This document shows positions 25,730 through 36,600 of a stretch of 64,000 bases of DNA, piece by piece. This DNA comes from Rhizophagus irregularis. Taxonomy: Eukaryota. The notes under the pieces were generated by a model. The model saw only the letters and a list, made by a program, of their open reading frames with translations, searched no databases and was not told where the DNA came from. Location: the NCBI RefSeq assembly GCF_026210795.1, contig NC_089429.1:4278001-4342000 (forward strand), in the 5' to 3' direction. Position 1 is the stretch's first letter, and every line of letters starts with the position of its first letter. The translations under genes were made by a program, and so were the position numbers.

Positions 25730-26888
25730 ACCATCTCCGAATAATCCTTCAAGGTAAGAATCTAAACGTCTTATTGTGGCAAATATTCCAATTCTTACCT
25801 TTATTGATTCCAATCGATTTCATTCATCCCGAAGAATATTTTGGATTGTTTGACTGTGTGCTGTGAGAAATGAAGCATAGTCATGCTCTTCAGGTGCAAT
25901 ATCGGCCATAAAGTTTGAGTCTGTTAACTTCTTTCCTATGCGTACCTGATCACAACGTTTAAAGACTACCTCATAATGTGGGTCTGGGTCAATTTGCATC
26001 ATACAGGTTATCTCTTCATTAGTTACTACCGCTTGTGCTTCACGGATTTGGCGAATCTCATCCTTATATTCCTGCAATTTTGCATTTGAGCGGGGATATG
26101 GGATGGACTTGACAGGTACCTGCTTGAGTTCAGCTAGAACTGATCAGATGACTTGTCTGTGTTGGGCACTTCTTGCTTGATGTGTTGACATCTTGTAAAC
26201 TTTTTAGGTTCCTCTTTTATTCAATTACATTTTTTCTGAAAATAAAATTAATTCTCCGCCTATTCTATGAGGGTAAAAAAGATGAAGACGGGTTAATATC
26301 GCCTTCTAAAATTTATTTAGATATAATCTATTCATCGTCATTTGAGTCATCGTCATTTGAGTCACCGAACACATCCTTATCAGGAGTATCCCCATCCTTA
26401 AATAACTCGAAATTGCGCATCATTCAGATGTATTTTCCCTTATTAGTTTCTTCTGATATAAAATTACAATGGAGAATAGCTTGTTCTATAACTACCATTT
26501 CTACGAACCTGGTATACTTTTCTTGACTAATTTTAGTTAATTTATCAGTAAGTTTATCGAGATTTATACCACCATCTGCACAATCTCACCAGTAAGCCTT
26601 TTCAGCTTTCTTACATATATTTGCCACCTGTTCGTATGCCTTCTCGGCTTGTGTGCGCTACTTCCAGAGTACTCGTTCAGCTTCAGCTCTCCAGATTGGG
26701 TTGACTTTTAGAAGATGCGGTCTGAAATTGCTACTTGGAATGCATTCCAGGATATGGCCTACAAGTTCGGGGATTACTGATACTGCGTGTGGGTTTTGGT
26801 GGCTTTTTAGGATCTCCCTATTGATAGCTATAAGATCAGAGACTGTGCAGCCGAAGATTGTTGCCAGCTTTTCAGCGATATATACCAT
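25730..26888 (-). pseudogene. Degenerate coding remnants, including an F-box-like motif
   Basis: VSVIPELVGHILECI..LLKVNPIWRAEAERVLWK resembles fungal F-box N-termini; downstream fragments are broken. Confidence 0.4.
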
Positions 26889-27084
26889 GTTATGTACTGT
26901 TTATCTGTATAGTTACTTGGTACCTACCTTTTAATCAATTACATTTTTTCTCGGTATAAGGGTAATTGCTTGCCTTGCTATTCTGCTCTATTGACTCCAT
27001 GGCTGGTTTCCTGGATGGGTTAATATTTCCTTACCTTTTTTGGCTCTGTTGGCTTTGAAATCCTATTTCTTGTTCGGTTGGGGG

Positions 27085-27275
27085 TAAGTAGGTGAAAATA
27101 TAAATAGGTGATTTAGATTATGAAATAAGTAGGATATAAATGAATTAGATTATGAGATAAGTATGATATAAATAGGTAAAAATATAAAAAAGGTGATTTA
27201 GGTTATAAAATATGTAGCATATAAGTAGGTAAAAATATTAATAAGCGATTTAGATTATGAGATAAGTAGGTGAGC
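27085..27275. repeat. Degenerate tandem repeat
   Basis: TAAGTAGG and GATTTAGATTATGA motifs repeated 4-5 times. Confidence 0.6.
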
Positions 27276-27802
27276 CAGAATTGGGATTTTCATACTACTT
27301 TAAGAAGCTAATACATATTATTATAGAGTAGTATTCTGCACGAATCAAATTTCTCCTCTGAAATTCAATTCGATTCAGATTCGATTCAAACTCGATTTGA
27401 CCTCCAAAAATTATTATCTCAGGATCTAGTGATCCAATTTCAATGATCTTTTTTTAATTGATAGGTCTCATTTCTCTGATCAAAATAGAAAAAAATTATC
27501 AAAATTGGACTGCTAGATCAAAAGTTATTCGTAAAATACGTTTTATTATTTGGAAGCAATCAGGGTCACACTGTATCACAAATCGATTCCTAGTATAGTT
27601 ACACTGATCATAAGACATTTTGAGCAAATGTTCTAGATATTAATCAGGTAATTTGTATTACCATTTGTTAATCACAGTAACAAAAAATTTCTGTACTTGT
27701 CAAAAACCTAAAATTGCTTTCAATTACTGCGACTAATGAGATAAGTCATCTGTTTGATATAATAATGAAATCGTTGTTAAAAAAAGCCACTATAATTCTA
27801 TT

Positions 27803-28234
27803 TCAGAGTTTAGAGAACGTACTAGGGGCTTTGACTATTATGTGAATATTTTCTTCAGTCGTTAAAGCTTTAAGTTTTCTTAAAGTAATCAAATATGGCG
27901 AATCAATGATAATATGAGTATATTCATTAGAAGGCTGTTCTTCCCAATAATCACTAATTATCCCCCTAATAAGCTTAATGTCTTCTTTTTCATCATTTTT
28001 TAGAACGAGTTTTGAGAATTTCTCTTCGTTATCATTGGAAATATGAACTTTCTAAAGTTTCAAGTCATCATCATTAATATCAGTAAAAGAGTTGCCTTTT
28101 TTTTCTTTGAGATGTCGCATAATTTCATCTTGAAGTTTGATACTGATATCACTGGTAAGAACTTTTATCTCAATTTTTTCCGAGTTTGCCTCAATGTCTC
28201 TAAAAAGGTGACAAGTAAGGGTAATTTCCTTCAT
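27803..28234 (-). pseudogene. Crinkler (CRN) N-terminal domain remnant
   Basis: MKEITLTCHL..DDDLKL*KV (LWKV with TGG>TAG)..ISDYWEEQP..HIIIDSP..ENIHIIVKAP. Confidence 0.7.
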
Positions 28235-29247
28235 TATCCTATAAATGTTACCCATGGTCAATAAAACAACGTATTTATATTTAGTTTCTATTATCGGAGT
28301 AACTTCTAATTTTTATTTTCCCCACTACCAACCTATTATGTTAATATTCTGTCAATAATTGTGCCTCATGAGATGGAAAAACTGACATCCTTTTAGGATT
28401 ATCAATTATCCGGTTAACAAAGATCTAAGTAATCTACTAACGTAATTGAGAAACTATATAAAATTTACTTACTTTGCTTTCCAATACTTCATTTCCAAAA
28501 AATTCTATCAGAGATATTAAACGTTATAACTGTAATACTGTTCGTCATTAGGCATTATACAGAAGTAGTGTTAATGTGTTTAGAAATATCTTGACACAAT
28601 ATTTTCTCCATAATATAAATAGACGAGTATGAATAGTAAATGACTCCTTTGCCAAGTTAAGTAGAGCAGAAACAAAATTACCTGTTCATTGCTTTGCCTA
28701 CAAACTTTGGGCCAATATTTATCCGATTAACTATTTCAACATAATTCTGGTTTGTTCTTCTACCAATTATATTGCAATACACTAGGAGTCTTTTTCATTG
28801 CAGCTTTAAATTCAGGAATTACATTACCATCGAAAACATATAGAGCGATTCTATTTTCCAAAGTCTTTTATTGTCGTTGGTACAGACGTCAGAAATTTGT
28901 ACTCTCTTCTTTAACAAGATGGGTACATTATTTCAGTCAGAGACTGCTCGAAGAGCACATCTTTGAAATTTACCTGAAGGGTGCTAAAAGCGTAGGTAAG
29001 AGAAATAGTAAATGAAACGAAATATCTTCAGAAAGACAACTGTCACACGCAACAAACCTAATAAGTAATAACTTCAAATTCTAAAAAGATATTCATTAAT
29101 CATATGATAACCATTTAGTCAAATGCTGAAATAAATATGCCAACAAAAATACTGTGCATTTTTTGTGTAATCATCATCGCATCTAAAATTATAAAATGAA
29201 GACTGTATTCAATTTTTCTGAAAACTGGAATTAGACATATTAAGAAA

Positions 29248-30280
29248 CACAGGTCGAAAGGGCACCATTGTCCAAAATTCAAAAAATGCAAATTCCATAT
29301 TTTCCTGGAAAATGGTGGGAAATTGTGGAAAATGCTGCATTACGCTGAGCAATTTTTGAAATAGTATTGTTACAACATTGTCCGATTTAGCAAATTTTAT
29401 GAAAATTTGGGAAAATGCTACATTATATCTCAAATGTAACATTGCGTAACATTTTGTAACATTGTTATAACATTGTCATTGAAATCAAATTTTGCTTTTT
29501 TTTTGTCAAATGTTCCAATTTTCTTGCAAATGGTGCATTTTTATGAAAATTCCACATTTTACTTCAAATGTAATAACATTTCATAAAATTGTTATAACAT
29601 TGTCAATTAAAATCAAATTTTGCTTTTTTTTTTGTCAAATGTTCTAATTTTCTTGCAAATGGTACATTTTTATGAAAAATGCTGCATTTTATCTCCAATG
29701 TGATGTCATTGTAACAACATTTCATAAAATTGTTATAACATTGTCAATTAAAATCAAATTTTGTCAAATATTCCAATTTTCTGGCAAATGGTGCATTTTT
29801 TATGAAAATTCTATATTTTTTTGTCAAATGTTGCATATTTTCAGTAAATTTTACGTTTTTTTGGTCAAATATTTCATTTTCGTCAGAATGTTAAAATATT
29901 ACAATTTTTTTTTTGGAAAATGCTCAATAATATAGCATTACACTGGAAAATGTAGCATTTCACCAAATTACACTAAAAAGCATCACAATTATCACATTTT
30001 TTGGAAAATTCCACATTACATTAAATTATACTAAAAAATGTAGCATTATACTAAATTATGCGGCATTGCACTAAAAAATACCACAATTACACTAGACAAT
30101 GTAGCATTACACTAAAAGTACCACAATTATTATATTTTTTAGAAAATTTTGTGTTATACTGGAAAATGTAACATTATGCTAGAAAATGCGGAATTGCACT
30201 AAAAAATGCGGAATTGCGCTAAAAAACACAAAAAAATACTACAATTACACTGGATAATGTAGCATTACACGTAATTACAT
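29248..30280 (+). mobile_element. Left end and subterminal repeats of a CACAG-terminal non-autonomous element
   Basis: Starts CACAGGTCGAAAGGGCACCATTG, followed by ~1 kb of degenerate repeats; no right TIR nearby. Confidence 0.55.
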
Positions 30281-30922
30281 TAAAATTGTTAATTTTTATT
30301 TTTATTTATTTGTAAATTACGGACATTATTAAATTTATAATATTCTAAATGCATTATTTAACATTAAATACATTGTTAATACAAACAATGTATCAACACG
30401 ATGTGTTGTGATGTTTAATTTAGTACTAAACCTTACTACTGAAGACCCTCTTTTTGTCACTATAAACAGGTGGAGGGAGCAGCAATGGCTCTCCCCCTAT
30501 AGGTACTTTATGGCCTCTACCTGTTTACAGAGGAGGGGCTTTTCGTAAAGTTGTTAGATAGATATATATATGTGTATATATATAAGTATATATATACATC
30601 TATCGTAATTAAATTAAAAAAAATTATAAAAAAAAAAATTTTTTTCGGGGAAAATGCCCCTATTTATATAAAATACATGTCACGTGTATCACATGACATG
30701 AACTTTGATTAAACTGCACAGCTGCAGTTCATTTTTTAACTAACCTAAAAATGCTAAAAATAAACTATTGCAGCCGCAGCCGCAGCCGCAGTTTTTTTTT
30801 AGAGTTTAAAAAAAAACTAATTTAGTTTATTTCGCTCTTCCCTTCTTCTCACCATTTTCCCGTCACGTTTCTCCTTCCCCCTCTCTCCCCACTTCCCTCT
30901 CTCTCGACCTTCCCCCTCACCA

Positions 30923-33847
30923 CACTGGTCAAAATAGTCCAAATCAGCCAAAATTCAACCAGCCGATTTTAGGCTAATTTATGGTCTAATGCTGGTCGAA
31001 CTTTAGCTGATTTTTTGGCTGCAGTTCGCTGCCACTCGCCTAAAGTTCGGCTTGAAATTTCGGCCAAAATTCAGTTAACATTTGGAACAATTTTAGATAG
31101 CAAATTTTGATAAATAGTTTTCCGAATATTACTTAATTTATGTTGCAAATTTGTACTAAATTTATTTACTAATATTCAGCCACAACTCATTTTATTTAAT
31201 ATTTGCAATAAATCACAACTTTATTTATAAATGCATATTACAAATAAGTATTACTAATCTACAATTCCACAATCACATAATTCATGTATTCGTATATACT
31301 TACGAATCTTGATCTTTTGGAAACCCACCGAAACTATAAAAAAAAAGAAAAGAACGGTTAGTAACCGTTCCATAATATTAAAAAAAAGCAAAAAAACCCA
31401 AGATTCTACTTATGAATCTTTGGTTTTTTTCTGTTTATCAGAACCCATCCGAGACACCAAACCTATAAAAAAGAAAAAAAAAGAGCGGTTATTAATAACC
31501 GTTCATAATAATATTAAAAAAAAATAAAAAATAAACCAAGATTCGTAAGTACGAATCTTGGTTCCACTTTTCTAAAGATCCCGAAACCTACAAAAAGAAA
31601 AGAACGGTTATTAGTAAACTGTTCGTAGTAATAAAAAATAAAAATAAAAAATAAAAAAAGAACCAAGATTCGTACTTACGAATCTTGGTTTTCCGTTGTT
31701 CTTTGAAAGCCCACTGAATCTAAAAAATAAAATAAGAACAGTTTATCAGTAACCGTTCGTTAATATTATAAAAAAAAAATAAAAATAAAACCAAGATTCG
31801 TACTACGAATCTTGGTTTTTTCCATTCTTCAGAAGACACCGACCTAAAAAAAAAGAAAAAGAACGGTTAGAAACTGTTCGTAATAATAAACAAAAATAAA
31901 AAAATAAAGATTCATACCAAATCTTTAGTTTTTTCCGTTCCTTGGAAAGTTGGAATCCACCCGAACCTATAAAAAAAAATCAAAAGAACAGTTAGTAACC
32001 GTTCCATAACATTAAAAAAAAGATTCGTAAGTATATTACTTACGAATCTTTATCTTTGGGTTTTCGTTCGTCGGAAGCCCACCGCACCTAAAAAAATAAA
32101 GAAAAGAACGGTATTAGTAACCGTTCATTAATAAAATTAAAAAAAAAGAAAAAATTATAAAGTAAAGATTCGTACTTACGAATCTTTATTTTTGGGTTTT
32201 CGTTCATCGGAAGCCCACCCGATCCTATAAAAAAAAAGAAAGAATAGTTAGTAAACCATTCGTAATAATAATAAATAAATAAATAAATTAAAGATTCTTA
32301 CGAATCTTTGGGTTTTCGTTCTTCGGAAGTCCACCCGATCCTAAAAAAAAGAAAAGAACGGTTATTAGTAAACCGTTCATATATTAAAAAAAAAACAAAA
32401 AAAATTAAACCAAGATTCGTACTTACTTACGAATCTTGGTTTCTTGGTTTTCCGTTCTTCGGAAGCCCACCAGATCCTAAAAATAGAAAAGAACGGTTAT
32501 TAGTAACCGTTCGTAATATTTTTTTAAAAAAAAAAATCCAAGATTCTTACGAATCTTTGGAATTTTCCCATTCTTCAGAACACGGAAGCCTACCCGAACC
32601 TATAAAAAATAAAAGAACGGTTATTAGTAACCGTTCGTAACATTTTTTTTTAAAAAAAATAAAAAAAAAATCCAAGATTCTTACGAATCTTGGAATTTTC
32701 TAGTTCTTCGGAACACGGAAGCATACCCGAACCTATAAAAAATAAAAGAATGGTTATTAGTAACCGTTCATAATATTTTTTTTAAAAAAAATAAAAAAAA
32801 ATCCAAGATTCTTACGAATCTTGGAATTTTCCCGTTCTTCGGAACATCCGATCCTAAAAAAAGTAAAGAACGGTTATTAATAACCGTTCATAATATTAAA
32901 AATAAACAAAAAAAAAATAACCAAGTTTCAAACTTACAAAACTTGGTTTTTCCATACTTCGAAAGCCCACCCGAATGGCCGAACCTAAAAAAAATAAAAA
33001 AGAACGGTTAGTATTAACCGTTCATATTAAAAATATAAAAAAAAACTCCAAAGAATTCGTACTTACGAATCTTTGGGGTTTCTATACTTCGGAAGCCCAC
33101 CCGAACGGCCGAACCTAAAAAAAAGTAAAAAAAGAACGGTTAGTAACCGTTCATATTAAATTAAATTAAAAAAATAAAAAATAAATAAACCAAGTTTCGT
33201 ACTTACGAAACTTGGTTTTCCATACTTCGGAAGCCCACCCGAACGGCCGAACCTAAAAAAAAAGTAAAAAAAGAACGGTTAGTAATCGTTCATATTAAAT
33301 TAAATTAAAAAAATAAAAAAAAAATAAACCAAGTTTCATACTTACGAAACTTGGTTTTTATATACTTCGGAAGCCCACCCGAACGGCCGAACCTAAAAAA
33401 AAAAGTAAAAAAAGAACGGTTAGTAACCGTTCATATTAAAAAAAAATAAAATAAACTCCAAAGAATTCGTACTTACGAATCTTTGGAGTTTCTGTACTTT
33501 GGAAGCCCACCCAAAAGCCGAACCTATAAAAAAAAAGTAAAAAAAGTGAAAGGGAGAAGGGAAGGAAAGAAAAGGGAAGGAAGGAAAAGGGGAAGAAGGG
33601 GAAACAAGGAAGGGGAACGAAGGAAAGGAAAGGGGAGGGGAAGAAAAAAATTATTAAAAGTTTAAAAAAGGATGTATAAGATGATCCTTTTTTAAACTTT
33701 TAATACGCATAATGCGTAACGCATAACGTTTGATAAATCATATATGTCGAAACTTGGCCGATTTTTAATAATTTACGAAATTTGGCCGAAATGTGTGACA
33801 GATCAGCCGATTTGTCACATGACCGAAAGTTTTGATTTCGACCAGTG
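30923..33847 (-). mobile_element. Complete 2925 bp non-autonomous CACTA-type element
   Basis: TIRs CACTGGTCAAAAT / ATTTCGACCAGTG; 3 bp TSD CCA at 30920-30922 and 33848-33850. Confidence 0.92.
31295..33530 (-). repeat. Micro-exon/hairpin-intron array (~20 units)
   Basis: On the minus strand each unit reads polyT-TAG|exon..CCAAGATTC|GTAAGTACGAATCTTGG..GAACGGTTACTAATAACCGTTC. Confidence 0.85.
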
Positions 33848-33849
33848 CC

Positions 33850-35315
33850 ACCATTCCCATTCCCTGTTGGTATGGCAATTATCGTTACATTTGGAAAGTC
33901 AGGTAAGTTTCGTACCTTACGAAACTTAAATTATTATTTTTTTACTTTTTTTTCTTTATTAAGAAACGTTTTAACGTTTCTTTTACCTTTTTTTGTAGGT
34001 TCCGTTACTCCAAGATTCCAAAATGGCAAAATGTAAGTTTCGTTTTAATGAAACTTATTATATTATATTTTTTTTTTAATTAAGAAACGTTCTCTAACGT
34101 TTCTTATACTTTTTTTTGTAGGTTTTAGTGCTCCAGGATTCTGAAACAGAAAATGTAAGTTTCGTTTTAACGAAACTTATTATATTATATATTTTTTTTA
34201 ATTAAGAAACGTTCTTTAACGTTTCTTTTACTTTTTTTTGTAGGTTCCGGTGTTCCAGGAGCGTAAATTCATTAGACTATAGCTGGAATAAACCAACACT
34301 AGATTATTAGGTCTTTTTAGAAACGTTAAAAGACCTGTGAGAATGCCAAGTTTCAGCATGAATATTCATTAATGACTCTCCTTGATTCCGAAATGGAAAA
34401 ATGTAAGTTTCGTTTTAACGAAACTTATTATATTTTTATTTTTTTTTTAATAAAGAAATGCTCTAACGTTTCTTTTACTTTTTTTTTGTAGGTTCAAGTG
34501 CTCCAGGATTCCGAAACGGAAAAATGTAAGTTTCGTTTAACAAAACTTATCTTTTTTGTTTTTTTAATTAAGAAACGTCCTAACGTTTCTTTTACTTTTC
34601 TTTTCTTGTAGGTCTCCAAGTCGGGTGTCATTGGAAAGTGAAAATGGTAAGTTTCACAATGAAACTTATCATGTTTTATTTTATTTTTTATTATTAGAAA
34701 TGTTTTTTAACGTTTCTCTTTTATTTTTTTTGTAGATTCGAGCGGGATACTTGACTTTGGTAAGTTTTGCAACATAAACGTTGCGAAACTTAATTTTTTT
34801 TTAATTTTTTTTAAGAAACGTTCTAATGTTTCTCTCTTTTTTGTAGATCGATTTTGGGAGTCTGATTGATCTGGAGCTCCCTCCCTCCAGTTTCAGAAGT
34901 CTTGGGTTTGGATAACGTTCAGGTTTCGAAGTATAACTTCGAAACTTCAATTTAAATGGTGAGTTTCATGACAAATATCACGAAACAAGTTTTTTTTGAT
35001 TTTTTTTATTAGGAACTGTTTACTAACGTTCCTTTTCTTTTTTGTAGGTTCAGGATATCTGGGAAGCTAACTTAGGAAACATGAATCGCGTAAAACCATT
35101 GTTAAATAGAAGCCATTACTTTCCATTCAGGTATTGGATATGGCTTGGTAAGTTTCGTACATTTCGTTACGAAACTCCTGTTTTTTTTTTAAGAAACGTT
35201 CTAACTGAACGGTTTTCTTTTTTTGTAGATTATTGTAATGAAATAACAAAAGTAAACAGTTCTTTGGTTCCTTGCTTGGTGAGTTTCGAAGATTAACCTT
35301 CGAAACTTTTTGTTT
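33850..35315 (+). repeat. Second micro-exon/hairpin-intron array (~11 units)
   Basis: GTAAGTTTCG..CGAAACTT, AAGAAACGTT..AACGTTTCTT and TTTTGTAG repeated. Confidence 0.8.
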
Positions 35316-35899
35316 TTTTTATATTTGTTTTTCTTTAACATTATTGTACTTAATTACATATTATAATGATAAATTGTTAATAAAATTAAAATCATAATAA
35401 ATTGTTATAAAATTTGCATAAAATTACGCCAAATTGTTGCTTAATTACATCAGGAACTTTTAATACGCGAAGTACTTCGTAAACTTTATACGATGTAAAA
35501 TTACGTAATATTTTGTAGTAATATTACAGAGTACTTCGTCATATTATGTAGAATTAAATTTTATAATATTTAGATATATTACATAGTGTAGTCTTACATA
35601 ACGTACTAAAGTATTCCATAATTTTATTGCTACGTATATTTTTGAAAATATAATAGATTGTAATTTTATGTAATATATCGAAGCACTCCGTATTTTAATG
35701 TAATGTAAAATTTTGAAATTATTAAGGTATAATCTTACGTAATATTCCAAGTAATTGTCCACTTGTATATCATACCAGATACTAAAATGAGTAATAACCG
35801 TTGGTCAGATGATGATGATGTGCTAGAAAGTCTCAAACTGGAAATAATCTTCATATATACTGCGACAAATCATATTTATATATTTTTTTAATTTCTTCT

Positions 35900-36600
35900 T
35901 TTTTTAATTTCTTCTTTTTCGTAGGTTTCCTTCTAGAACGGCAATTTCGGCTTAATTGATTAGTATGTTTATTTTTTTTAAATTTATTTTTATTTTTAAA
36001 ATTAATAACTTGCTTTTTCTTCTTGTAAGCTTCTGCCTAGAAATGGTCAGTTGGTTAGTATTTATTTATTAAATTAATAACTTCTTGTAGGCTTCTTCCA
36101 AGATGGCAATTTCGGCTGAGTATAGGAACGCTTTTTTGATTTTTTCTTCTCGTAAGGGTACGTTGGCAATTAGTTTAATATAGAACACTTAGTTAATTAG
36201 ATTTTTATTTTTTTTTTAATTTATTTTTATTTTTAAATTAATAACGCCTTTTCTTCTTGTAGGCTTCTTCCAAAATGGCAATTTCAGCTGAATATAGGAA
36301 CGCTTTTTTGATTTATTTTTTTTTCTTCTCGTAAGGTACGTTGGCAATTAGTTTAATATAGAACGCTTAGTATTTTTATTTTTATTTTTTTTTAAAATTT
36401 ATTTTTATTTTTAATTAATAACTTGCTTTTTCTTCTTGTAGGCTCTTCCAAGATGATAAGTTCGACATGTGCCTGCCTCTTAATATAGGAATGGTTGGTT
36501 GGTTAGTATTTATTTATTAAATTAATAACTTCTGAATATAGGAACACTTTTTGATTTTATTTTTTTTTTCTTCTTGTAAGGGTACGTTTTGCAATTAGTA
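35900..36600 (+). repeat. Micro-exon-like repeat array
   Basis: Repeated TTCTTGTAG|GCTTCTTCCAAGATGGCAATTTC units. Confidence 0.6.

Noticed and set aside
28680..29015. Coding-like segment
   Set aside because: Stops in all minus frames and no recognisable motif.
30438..30548. Hammerhead ribozyme (CTGAAGA followed by a stem)
   Set aside because: No GAAA after stem II and no stem I/III arrangement found.
25711..30922. Single element bounded by the 1.3 kb inverted repeats
   Set aside because: The termini point toward each other, and the right copy has its own TSD and partner TIR, so these are two independent insertions.
31295..33530. CRISPR array (palindromic repeats with variable spacers)
   Set aside because: The spacers are homologous to each other, the repeats carry spliceosomal signals, the context is eukaryotic and there are no cas genes.
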